Source of the DNA: Nitrosococcus oceani ATCC 19707
GTDB taxonomy: Bacteria; Pseudomonadota; Gammaproteobacteria; Nitrosococcales; Nitrosococcaceae
Length of the DNA stretch: 32,000 nucleotides
NCBI RefSeq assembly: GCF_000012805.1
Contig: NC_007483.1
Span: 1-32,000, forward strand
Reading direction: 5' to 3'
Part shown: in pieces, positions 23,293 through 32,000 of the stretch
Layout of the letters: every line of letters begins with the position of its first letter
How positions within the stretch are numbered: position 1 is the first letter of the stretch
Notes under the pieces: model-generated
What the model saw: the letters and a program-made list of their open reading frames with translations, nothing else
Told to the model about the DNA's origin: nothing
Databases searched by the model: none
Position numbers and translations under genes: made by a program

Positions 23293-24007
23293 AATCTCAA
23301 AGTCTAAACACATAGCTTCCCAAAGGAAACTATGCCACAAGCTGTGGCCCAAAGAGAGTACGGACTAGTTCTTTTCTCCTTACCTGCGACTCCGGTAGTG
23401 GCCTCGAACGTAGGTTTCCTCTCCCGGTAATAGGCGTCATCGTGAGGTTTGTGCGCTGAATTGCAAATACCCTCTACACTTCTATCCGAACAATTCTGTA
23501 AGCAGTTGCCCTTCCTACGCCAAGCTGTCTACGTGAACACGGAAAGCAAATACGGCGTCGTTTAGTCGTAACCCAAGAGGTAACCTCGCCCGATTCGCAC
23601 CATCACAACGGCTGCACCAGACGTGTGCGGCCGTTCTTTTGGACGAAAAGCCAGCCGACGTATCGAGTTGTCGGCTATATTCATTGACTGTCCGCTTGTG
23701 ACCGCCTTCTACGGACGGTGGTTTATGGCCGATAATGCGATTTATAAATTTGAAAGCCTGGCCCCCATCACCACAAGAGAAACTCTCTTATCTCCCGAAT
23801 TAATGCCGTTATAGATGATGTGCAACTGGAAGCCATCACAACTGATATTGTCTGACCGCGTACTGATCTAATTGGCTCATTGTGTCTTGGCACAGTAATT
23901 TTCACTACTCGGTAAAATCTAGTGCGCTGCTGTGTGTGGCTAACTTGCCTTGTCCGCCGATTCCTTTAACCTCAACTCAATAGCAACCTAATCGCCTGGA
24001 GCGCTCA

Positions 24008-26758
24008 ATGGCTTTCGATCAAACCTACTGCATGGATACCCTCATTGCTGCGACCCGGCCTGATGCTGATCTCGGAGAGTTCATTTTTGCCTTTCTCGAC
24101 GCCTATAACTTTCCCAAGGCGACGGTTACGCAGATTCGCAAGGGTGGTCAACGTAACGTCGCCAGCCGTAAAAATGAAGGGCACGTCGCGATGAAGAACT
24201 GGCTGTACTTCATGCCGGTGCGAGCGGGCGAGAGCATTCACGAGGCGCTCCAGGTACTGGCAGATGAAGAAGAGCCGCCGCGCCATAAGTGTCGCTTTCT
24301 GGTGGTGACCGACTATCAAGAACTCACTGCACTGGATACCAGGACGGATGAGCGTTTGGAGGTGATTCTCGGTGAGCTGGCCACCCAATACCTGTTCTTT
24401 GCCCCCATGGCGGGGCTTGAGCGTACCAAGCCATTTAGCGAAGAATCGGCCGACCTCAAGGCCGCCGCCAAGATGGGGCGGCTGTTTGATCGCCTGAAGG
24501 AAATCAACGAGTTTCAGACTCCCGAGCAGCTTCACGCGCTTAACGTGTTTCTGACCCGGTTGCTGTTCTGCTATTTCGCTGAGGATACCGGGATTTTCCC
24601 CAAGAACGCCTTCACCAAAGTGATCACCGAAGCTAGCGGCAAGAACGGCGAGGGGCTATCCGACCTACTAAAGCAGCTGTTCCGAGTGATGGATCAAGCC
24701 GAGGGCGAGCGACCGGCGGACTTGCCAGCTCATATTGCCCAGTTCCCTTATGTCAACGGCGGCCTATTCCGTGACAACATGCCAGCCCCCAAGATGCGCG
24801 GTAAAGCCAGACGGATGATGATCGAGTGCGGCAAACTCCAGTGGAAGGCCGTCAACCCCGATATCTTCGGCTCGATGTTTCAGGCGGTAGTAGACGAAAA
24901 GAGCCGTGACTCGTTGGGCCAGCACTACACCTCTGTACCGAACATCATGAAGGTGATCCGTCCCCTGTTCCTCGACAAGCTGTATGCCGACCTGCACAAG
25001 TCAAAGGGCAAACGCAGGCAACTGGAAGCACTACTGGTACGGCTGGCCCGTATTTGGGTGTTCGATCCGGCGATGGGCTCCGGCAATTTTCTGATCATCG
25101 CCTATAAGGAACTGCGCCGACTGGAGATGGCCACCTTCCGGTCACTTCAAGCTATGAGTGGTAGTGGCCAGCAGGAAATTTTCATGAGTGGCATCCAGCT
25201 CAGCCAGTTCTATGGTATCGAGATCGACGATTTCGCGCACGAAATTGCCCAGCTATCCCTATGGCTGGTTGAGCATCAGATGAACACGCTGTTTGTAAAG
25301 GAGTTTGGTCATGCTGAGCCAGTGCTACCGCTAAAAGATACTGCCAACTTGGTGCAAGGAAATAGCCTTCGGATGGATTGGCAGAAGGTATGTCCCAATG
25401 ATGGCAGCGCTGAAATATATGTATGCGGGAACCCGCCATTTATTGGCCATGGTAGTCGAGAGAATAGCCAGCTCGACGATATGCGATTGGTGTTAGGGCA
25501 GCTGATTCGCACATACAAGTCCCTCGACTATGTGGCCTGCTGGTTCTTTTTGGCTGCGGAATACTGTCGCCACGGGACAGCAAACGCCGCCTTTGTGTCG
25601 ACGAACTCTCTATGCCAAGGCAAACAAGCGGGGCTACTGTGGCCGTTGTTGGTAGATATGGGGATGAAAATCAGCTTTAGCTACCAAACTTTCCCTTGGC
25701 GGAACAGTGCAAAGGGTAACGCAGGTGTGCATGTTGTGGTCATTGGGCTGGCTGCTCATAACGGACCACGGGTACTCTTCAACCGTATTGATGGTGCCTG
25801 GCATCGTAAAGAAGTTACGAACATCAGCCCCTATCTACTAGAAGGAGGCGACACTGTTGTACGGGAGCGACGAGATCCGCTAATTCAGGACGCATTACCA
25901 ATGTACTTTGGCAATATGCCTAACGACGGTGGCCACCTCCTGTTGACCGCAGGGGATAAAGAGAAGTTAATCGCACAAGAGCCCGCGGCAGAGGCTTGGA
26001 TCAAGCGCTTAATGGGGGCTAAAGAGTTCCTGCAAGGCCATGAGCGCTGGTGTCTGTGGTTGGTTAATGCCACGAAAGAAGAAATCGATGCTATGCCTGT
26101 GGTTCGCGAGCGAGTGGAGCGTGTGCGGGAAACACGTCTTGCTAGCAAAGATGCTGGCGCACGAAAGCTCGCCGAACGGCCGCACCAATTCCGAGACCTT
26201 AATAACCCGGAAAGCTTCATTTTAGTCCCAAGCGTTACATCCGAGCGCCGGAAATATGCGCCCGTCGGGATTTTTGAAGAAGACGTAATTGCTACTAACC
26301 TAACATTAATCATTCCAGATGCTGGGTTATACGATTTCGCCATTCTTTCCACGCAAATGCACATGGACTGGCTACGCCTGGTGGGAGGCCGTTTAGAAAG
26401 CCGTTACCGCTATTCTGCAACTATCGTCTACAACACCTTCCCTTGGCCCAATGCTACCGAAGCACAGCGTAACGCTATCGAAAAACTAGGCCGAGCCGTT
26501 ATTCTGGCGCGTGCAGCGCATCCCGATAAAACCATGGCCCAGCTTTATGACCCGGACAAGATGCCGGACAAACTGCTGGAGGCCCACCAAGCACTGGACC
26601 GCGCCGTGGAGCGCCTGTATCGGGAGCGCCCCTTCCGCGATACCGCTGAGCGTCAGGAATATCTGCTGGCCCGCTATGAGTCGCTGATTGAGGCGGAGAA
26701 AACCGCCAAGGCTGGTAGCAGGAAACAGCCTCGAAAAGCCACGAGTATGGAGAGTTAA
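24008..26758 (+). CDS. large MmeI/YeeA-like N6-adenine DNA methyltransferase (916 aa)
   Basis: SAM motif I 'VFDPAMGSGNFLI' and catalytic motif IV 'CGNPPFIGH'. Long N- and C-terminal flanking domains, as in type IIL/IIG-like enzymes. RBS CTGGAG. Confidence 0.85.
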   Translation: MAFDQTYCMDTLIAATRPDADLGEFIFAFLDAYNFPKATVTQIRKGGQRNVASRKNEGHVAMKNWLYFMPVRAGESIHEALQVLADEEEPPRHKCRFLVVTDYQELTALDTRTDERLEVILGELATQYLFFAPMAGLERTKPFSEESADLKAAAKMGRLFDRLKEINEFQTPEQLHALNVFLTRLLFCYFAEDTGIFPKNAFTKVITEASGKNGEGLSDLLKQLFRVMDQAEGERPADLPAHIAQFPYVNGGLFRDNMPAPKMRGKARRMMIECGKLQWKAVNPDIFGSMFQAVVDEKSRDSLGQHYTSVPNIMKVIRPLFLDKLYADLHKSKGKRRQLEALLVRLARIWVFDPAMGSGNFLIIAYKELRRLEMATFRSLQAMSGSGQQEIFMSGIQLSQFYGIEIDDFAHEIAQLSLWLVEHQMNTLFVKEFGHAEPVLPLKDTANLVQGNSLRMDWQKVCPNDGSAEIYVCGNPPFIGHGSRENSQLDDMRLVLGQLIRTYKSLDYVACWFFLAAEYCRHGTANAAFVSTNSLCQGKQAGLLWPLLVDMGMKISFSYQTFPWRNSAKGNAGVHVVVIGLAAHNGPRVLFNRIDGAWHRKEVTNISPYLLEGGDTVVRERRDPLIQDALPMYFGNMPNDGGHLLLTAGDKEKLIAQEPAAEAWIKRLMGAKEFLQGHERWCLWLVNATKEEIDAMPVVRERVERVRETRLASKDAGARKLAERPHQFRDLNNPESFILVPSVTSERRKYAPVGIFEEDVIATNLTLIIPDAGLYDFAILSTQMHMDWLRLVGGRLESRYRYSATIVYNTFPWPNATEAQRNAIEKLGRAVILARAAHPDKTMAQLYDPDKMPDKLLEAHQALDRAVERLYRERPFRDTAERQEYLLARYESLIEAEKTAKAGSRKQPRKATSMES

Positions 26759-26761
26759 GGC

Positions 26762-28843
26762 ATGACGGAACTGATCAAGGTTGAATACGGTCGCACCGGC
26801 AAGAGTACCAATAGCAATACCTTGGGTATGCGGGAGATGCAGGCCCGAGCATACGAAAAACGCGACAGTCAGTACTTGTTGCTCAAGGCACCACCGGCCT
26901 CCGGCAAATCGCGAGCACTGATGTTTCTGGCCCTCCATAAGCTCCATTGCACTGGCCTGCGCAAAGCCATCGTTGCTGTGCCGGAGATATCGATTGGGGC
27001 ATCCTTTAAGAGCACCGACCTTACTACTCACGGCTTCGAGTGGGACTGGCACGTGGAAGACCGCAACGACCTATGCCGCGCCGGCAATGACAGCGGCAAG
27101 GTGGACGCTTTCTGTCGCTTCATGGCGAGCCCGACCGATCGTATCCTGGTCTGCACCCACGCCACGCTGCGATTCGCGTTTGCCAAGCTCGGTCCTAGCG
27201 ACTTTGATGACTGCCTGGTGGCCATCGACGAATTTCACCATGTCTCGGTCGATGAAGGCAACCGTCTGGGTGGATTGATCGACGATCTGATGCTGGGCGC
27301 CACGGCGCATATCGTGGCGATGACCGGCAGTTACTTCCGCGGTGACGCCGCACCGATCCTGCTGCCGGACGACGAAGCCCGTTTCAACAAAGTGACCTAC
27401 ACTTACTACGAACAGCTCAACGGCTACCGCTATCTGAAGTCACTGGGCATTGGCTACCATTTCTACCCAGGGCGCTACCTCGATGCGATTAATGAGGTGC
27501 TTGATCCTGATAAGAAAACCATCGTCCATATTCCCAACGTCAACAGCGGCGAAAGCACCAAAGACAAGTATAGTGAGGTCGATCATATTCTCGATGCGCT
27601 GGGTGAGGTGGAGGCCCAGGACAGCCAGACCGGTATCGTAACAGTGCGCCATCCCTCGGGACGCTTGCTCAAGGTTGCTGACCTGGTAACGGATACGCCT
27701 ATCCGCCGCGATGTGCAGGAGTATCTGCGCGGCGTAGAGCACCCCGAAGACGTGGACGTGATCATTGCCTTGGGTATGGCCAAGGAAGGCTTTGACTGGC
27801 CGTTCTGTGAGCATGTACTGACCATTGGCTATCGCCGATCGATGACCGAGATTGTCCAGATCATCGGGCGTGCCACGCGTGACAGCGAGGGCAAGACTCA
27901 TGCCCAGTTCACTAACTTGATCGCTCAGCCGGACGCAGACGATGAGGACGTGAAGGTCAGCGTCAACAACCTACTCAAGGCGATCACGGTGTCACTGCTG
28001 ATGGAACAAGTGCTGGCACCTAGCGTGTCCTTTAAGCCGCGTTCGCGGATGCAGGCGGGTGAAGAGACGGAGCCAGGCACGATAATCATTGAGGATACTC
28101 AGGCGCCAGTCTCGGACAAGGTGATCAGCATCCTCCAGTCAGGCGGCCAGGAAGACATTATTGCCGCACTCCTGCAAAAGTCGGAAGTGGCTGCTGCGGC
28201 AGTGACGGAGGTTGTCGAGCCTGAGGTAATCAATGAGTTCGAACTACCTAAGGTTATCGAGCGTCTGCACCCTGAGCTGGATGCTAACGAGCGCGAGCTA
28301 CTCCGCGAGACAGTGCTAACCACCATGGGTGCCCGCGCCACAGGCGGGTTGTTTAACGAAGAAGACTTGCCCGAAGGCGCTGAGATACATGAGCCTGGCC
28401 AAATCTATGACACACATGGCGATGGGCAGCCGGCCGAGCTCGGTACTGCGTCCGATGGACGTGACCTCAGTGATGACAGCAGCGAGGGTGGGGCATCGGG
28501 CAGCCGTCAGTTCCTCAAAATTGGCGATAAGTTCGTTAACATCGAACACCTCAATATTGACTTGATCAATCAGATCAACCCTTTCCAAGGGGCCTATGAA
28601 ATTCTCTCCAAGGCGCTGACGGCACCGGTGCTCAAGGCGATTCAGGACACCGTGGTAGGCGACCGGGCGCAGATGACCGAGGAGGAAGCGGTGATATTGT
28701 GGCCCAGAATTGTAGAGTTCAGGAAAGCTAAGGGACGAGCACCGATGGTGCATAGTGATGATCACATGGAGGTCCGCTACGCTCTGGCACTGGCCTATAT
28801 CCAGCATAAAAAGCGTGAGCGTATGCAGGAGGCCACAACATGA
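26762..28843 (+). CDS. SF2 (DEAD/DEAH-like) helicase with acidic C-terminal extension
   Basis: Walker A 'KAPPASGKSRAL', Walker B 'VAIDEFHHV', motif III-like 'MTGS', motif VI 'QIIGRATRD'. The start is 3 nt after the methyltransferase stop. Confidence 0.85.
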   Translation: MTELIKVEYGRTGKSTNSNTLGMREMQARAYEKRDSQYLLLKAPPASGKSRALMFLALHKLHCTGLRKAIVAVPEISIGASFKSTDLTTHGFEWDWHVEDRNDLCRAGNDSGKVDAFCRFMASPTDRILVCTHATLRFAFAKLGPSDFDDCLVAIDEFHHVSVDEGNRLGGLIDDLMLGATAHIVAMTGSYFRGDAAPILLPDDEARFNKVTYTYYEQLNGYRYLKSLGIGYHFYPGRYLDAINEVLDPDKKTIVHIPNVNSGESTKDKYSEVDHILDALGEVEAQDSQTGIVTVRHPSGRLLKVADLVTDTPIRRDVQEYLRGVEHPEDVDVIIALGMAKEGFDWPFCEHVLTIGYRRSMTEIVQIIGRATRDSEGKTHAQFTNLIAQPDADDEDVKVSVNNLLKAITVSLLMEQVLAPSVSFKPRSRMQAGEETEPGTIIIEDTQAPVSDKVISILQSGGQEDIIAALLQKSEVAAAAVTEVVEPEVINEFELPKVIERLHPELDANERELLRETVLTTMGARATGGLFNEEDLPEGAEIHEPGQIYDTHGDGQPAELGTASDGRDLSDDSSEGGASGSRQFLKIGDKFVNIEHLNIDLINQINPFQGAYEILSKALTAPVLKAIQDTVVGDRAQMTEEEAVILWPRIVEFRKAKGRAPMVHSDDHMEVRYALALAYIQHKKRERMQEATT

Positions 28844-30180
28844 TTCGTACCCGCCGCGAGCCCTTCAAGCGCCGAACGCTAGATGACATCTTTGCAGAGC
28901 CTGACAGTCTTGGTCTGCTTGACGTGGGTCCTAAGCGTGCTGCCGCGCCGACCGCTAATCAACGATTAGTAGCCAGGCTTCAGACGATTGCGGCTTTCGT
29001 CAGCGAGCAGGGGCGCGAGCCTACTCAGAACGCTGATGATCTTGGCGAGGCGACCCTGGCCGTGCAGTTGAGCGCCATACGCGCCAACCCTGAGCATGTG
29101 GCCGCCTTGACCGTCTGGGATACTCATGGGTTGCTGGAAGCGTCAGTGGCCCGTGAGCTCCGACCCAGCGCGCTGGCAACGACTGCATCAGCGCCAGCAC
29201 CGCCTGTTGAAGGAGATAGCTCTGCACCTTCAACGATGCCCCCTCAACAGGAGACCACATCTCCCGATGCGGTCACCTCATTGGAGGATATCTGGGCTAG
29301 TGATGTTCTGGGCCTATTGGGCAGCGCTGATGAGAACGTGGACTCGATATTCGACCTGCAACACGTATCCAAGGTTGAATATAAAGACTTGCCGGACGAA
29401 ATCGCGCAGCGCACCCACTGCGATGACTTTTATCGCTTCGAGAGCCTGTTTGATGAAGTGCGCCAGGAGCTCCGCTCCGGTGATGCCGAGGCGGTGCCTT
29501 TCCAGAGGGAGTCCCAGATCGCTGAAGGGGATATGTTTATTCTCAACGGCATGATCTGTATTACGGATCAGGTAGGCAAGGAGAGTATCGGTGCCGGCAC
29601 CAAATTCAATCCTCGTCTGCGCGTCGTCTACGACAACGGTACAGAGTCTAACCTGTTGCTGCGCTCACTGGCCAGGGCGCTCTACAAAGACAAAGTTGGG
29701 CGGCGCATTCTGCGGCCCGATAGCACTTTCGATGCCATGCGCGGTATCACGCATCGTGACAAGCGCACCGGCATGATTTATATCCTACGCTCGCTGAGCC
29801 TGAATCCAGCGCTAAACGGTATACGTAATCTTCATAAGATCGGCTACACTGAGAAAGACTTGGATGCCCGCCTAGCCAGTGCAGAAAAGCAACAAACGTA
29901 CCTCGAAGCACCGGTCAAGGTCGTTGCCTCCTTCGACTGCTACAACCTCGATCCACGTCGTTTCGAACGCCTCGTCCATACCATGCTCCACCATCAGCGC
30001 GTTAACGTCACGCTCCACGACCGCGATGGTAGCACTTACCGCCCTCGCGAATGGTTTGATGTAGAGCTAGAAACCGCCCGTGAAGTGGTCAACCGTATTG
30101 TGGATGGCACCATCGCACAGTACCGGATGGATAACACCACTGGAAGGTTGGTGGCGAAAAGAGAAAAAGACGTTGGCTGA
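28840..30180 (+). CDS. T5orf172 / GIY-YIG-like domain protein
   Basis: C-terminal 'GMIYILRSLSLNPALNGIRNLHKIGYTEKDLDARL...VVASFDCYNLDPRRFERLVHTMLHHQRV...REWFDVELETAREVV' matches my recollection of the T5orf172 (MUG113) pattern. ATGA overlap with the helicase stop, and an AGGAGG RBS. Confidence 0.75.
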   Translation: MIRTRREPFKRRTLDDIFAEPDSLGLLDVGPKRAAAPTANQRLVARLQTIAAFVSEQGREPTQNADDLGEATLAVQLSAIRANPEHVAALTVWDTHGLLEASVARELRPSALATTASAPAPPVEGDSSAPSTMPPQQETTSPDAVTSLEDIWASDVLGLLGSADENVDSIFDLQHVSKVEYKDLPDEIAQRTHCDDFYRFESLFDEVRQELRSGDAEAVPFQRESQIAEGDMFILNGMICITDQVGKESIGAGTKFNPRLRVVYDNGTESNLLLRSLARALYKDKVGRRILRPDSTFDAMRGITHRDKRTGMIYILRSLSLNPALNGIRNLHKIGYTEKDLDARLASAEKQQTYLEAPVKVVASFDCYNLDPRRFERLVHTMLHHQRVNVTLHDRDGSTYRPREWFDVELETAREVVNRIVDGTIAQYRMDNTTGRLVAKREKDVG

Positions 30181-30329
30181 TTCCGACCCAAGGCAGACGC
30201 TTACAAACTAGATATGCTCCCGAGTAGCGAGCCAGCTTCGGAATCAACCGTTTTTTTCACTGCCGCTAATGACTAATGATTTACGCGCTCATTCTTGCGG
30301 TGCTCCGTCCCCGTCGCCATCCAGAGGGG

Positions 30330-30629
30330 TCATCCTACAAGCCAAATACCACCCGCCTCGGCGGCAGAGCTGGTCATCTCCTTGCAGTAGCACTTAGGAC
30401 CATACACACGTAGAGGACGCTTGCTTGCCAAATGCCAAACGCTTTGCCCGGTTGCCGTAGGGCTGATGCTTCTCTGGCCGCCTATTTCAGTCAGGCGCAC
30501 TTTAATTGGTTGGTCACCGGCTGCTAGCAGGGTAAGCGTATCGCCGTCAGTTATTCCCACCACGCGTCCAGTGTGGTCGGCCAAAGCCGCCAGGGAGAAA
30601 AACAGAAACAGGATTATTATTTTTCTCAT
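30330..30629 (-). pseudogene. decayed thermonuclease (SNase-family) gene
   Basis: An intact signal peptide and 'GRVVGITDGDTLTLLAAGDQPIKVRLTEI' resemble the SNase N-terminus. Family similarity is then lost ('GGQRSISPTATGQ' where I recall D-A-P-E), and the ORF stops at 99 aa. Confidence 0.4.
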
Positions 30630-30792
30630 AGCTACCTCGACAAAAGAAAACTCCGTCTGAGGGAAATTTCCTATGAAACCGAATCAGCATAGCTATCCAT
30701 GAGAAACATCTATTCTCTTCAACCAAGGGGATATTGCGTAGCGGAATCGGTCGTGGGCCAACCGCTCAAAGGCGGCCGGGTCCGGGAAGAGT

Positions 30793-31803
30793 TCAATCCT
30801 TGTCTTTATATTGCCAGAAAGCGTCAGTACACCAGTTGTCTGGCAGTCCCATTGCTTGTTTGGATATCTCTGGGAAGTCCTGCAATAGCTCGATTAAATG
30901 CTGGTGCCAGCGGGTATGCGGGCTGACCCGTTGCATCAAATAGTGCAGCACCGCCAGCACCACGGCGACGCGAGTGTGTGGGGTGCTCCGGCGCAGATAG
31001 CTGGGCCAGGGGAAATTCTGCTGCTTGGGCAACTCCGGCTTGATCCCCAGTTCACGATTCCACAGGCGGGCATGGTGGGCACAAATATTGCGCACCATGC
31101 TCAGGGTATGTAGCCAGGAATCCAGCAAAGGCGCCGGGACGGTCAGTCGTTGGCCGATGGACTTGCGGTCATGATCTTTTGCCAATCCCTTGAACAGGTG
31201 CGATAGATCACCCAGCGTCAACTCTTCAAGCATCGCCCAACCTGGCATCAAGGCAGGATCATCGTAGCTGAGCGCATAGTGGCGGGCGTAGCTTTCCTGA
31301 GCCCGGCGCTGTCGAAGCTGTTCCTTGTGTGCCTCATCGGCACGGGTCAAGCGGCGGTTGATGCGGTCCACCTCGCGCTTGTAGTCCCGCAGCGCTTTTT
31401 GCTGCGTGCCTTCGATGCTATCCAGCAAGCGTTTATGTTTATAGCGATCCTTGAACAGCCTACGGTGCAGATACCAATGCGCGCCATGGATAGGCCCCAT
31501 GTGGTTGGAAATAGCCGCTCTGGTGGCTACCTCCACACGCTTGATGGCATCTATAACGAGCAGCCGCAAGCGATGGTCGAAGTCATACAGACGGCTGATC
31601 TGGCCAAAGCCGGTGCCAGGTTGAAAAGCATGATCGGGGTCCTCATGGACTTGAAATGGCCTCATGTAGGGCGTCAGACGGAAGAAGCTCACCGCTTCCA
31701 GAAAGAGCGCCGCACGGGCCTCATCCTGTATCTGAATGCCTCGTCTCTTAAGTAGAGCCAGTTGCTCAGCGACGGTAATTGCAGGCTTAACGAACTGCCT
31801 CAT
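30793..31803 (-). CDS. Abi_2-family (AbiD/AbiF-like) abortive-infection protein
   Basis: 'KPAITVAEQLALLKRRGIQIQDEARAALFLEAVSFFRLTPYMRPF' and 'WLHTLSMVRNICAHHARLWNR' are typical of the Abi-like family. GGAGGTGGG RBS before the ATG at 31803. Confidence 0.8.
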   Translation of the reverse strand: MRQFVKPAITVAEQLALLKRRGIQIQDEARAALFLEAVSFFRLTPYMRPFQVHEDPDHAFQPGTGFGQISRLYDFDHRLRLLVIDAIKRVEVATRAAISNHMGPIHGAHWYLHRRLFKDRYKHKRLLDSIEGTQQKALRDYKREVDRINRRLTRADEAHKEQLRQRRAQESYARHYALSYDDPALMPGWAMLEELTLGDLSHLFKGLAKDHDRKSIGQRLTVPAPLLDSWLHTLSMVRNICAHHARLWNRELGIKPELPKQQNFPWPSYLRRSTPHTRVAVVLAVLHYLMQRVSPHTRWHQHLIELLQDFPEISKQAMGLPDNWCTDAFWQYKDKD

Positions 31804-31860
31804 CCCACCTCCCGCTGAGCGCAGGCAATAAAAAACCCGCACGATTTGAGCATGACTGCC

Positions 31861-31890
31861 GAGGCAAACATAGGCGAGGCAAACATAGGC
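31861..31890. repeat. 2 x 15-bp tandem repeat GAGGCAAACATAGGC upstream of the Abi_2 gene
   Basis: Exact tandem copies at 31861-31875 and 31876-31890, about 60 nt upstream of the Abi_2 start on the minus strand. Confidence 0.7.
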
Positions 31891-32000
31891 TTGGCGGGTA
31901 TATTAAAGGCAAGTATAGACCATTCGCGTCTATAGGGCTAGCTTCTGTCCAAAGACCGCTGCCGGACGGAGCTGTTTTTACTAGGTCCGAGTCCGGCTAA

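Noticed and set aside
24005-27901. Minus-strand ORFs within the methyltransferase and helicase genes (24005..24535, 25885..26364, 26486..27052, 27440..27901)
   Set aside because: They are antisense to long ORFs carrying clear catalytic motifs, and none has a domain signature or RBS.
1-32000. CRISPR arrays, tRNA/tmRNA genes and rRNA
   Set aside because: I scanned the intergenic regions by eye (1960-2200, 4400-4690, 11477-12187, 13577-13905, 18220-18404, 18975-19200, 20802-21148, 22928-24007, 30181-30792, 31843-32000). I found no repeat-spacer periodicity and no cloverleaf-like sequence. A tRNAscan/Infernal run would be needed to be certain.

Overview
About 50% GC proteobacterial DNA. It reads as a mosaic of mobile-element backbone and a defence/accessory island, not core chromosome. 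Layout from left to right follows. (1) 1-2200: ICE/plasmid-type genes on the minus strand (DUF932 plus small hypotheticals). (2) 2201-2807: a hicA-hicB toxin-antitoxin pair. (3) ~2862-4340: a GC-rich tract that almost lacks T on the + strand (A on the - strand). It has no credible gene, and it produces a pile of artefactual ORFs in all six frames. This is the strangest object in the window. (4) 4.7-9.6 kb: an orphan FimT/GspH-type pseudopilin, a secreted EEP-family nuclease with a lamin-tail domain, a Rap1a-like periplasmic protein, a membrane-anchored Mrr-type nuclease with a topoisomerase-type zinc finger, and two lipoproteins. (5) 9.8-13.1 kb: parA-parB with two copies of an 18-bp palindrome (candidate parS), then a Xer-like tyrosine recombinase. 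(6) 13.7-14.85 kb: a 37-bp inverted-repeat pair around a secreted-protein ORF. (7) selO at 15293-16756. (8) A KfrA-like coiled-coil gene with an internal 285-bp tandem duplication and a 32-bp perfect palindrome in its promoter, then a serine resolvase. (9) 19.2-23.3 kb: two diverged WGR-domain paralogues in direct orientation bracket a DUF2188-TIR operon and an abiEi/abiEii module. (10) 24.0-30.2 kb: a tightly coupled three-gene operon of an MmeI/YeeA-like N6-adenine methyltransferase, an SF2 helicase and a T5orf172 (GIY-YIG-like) protein. (11) A decayed thermonuclease gene and an Abi_2 (AbiD/F-like) gene. I found no rRNA, tRNA or CRISPR array. All family assignments come from motif recognition by eye in the supplied translations, and no searches were run.
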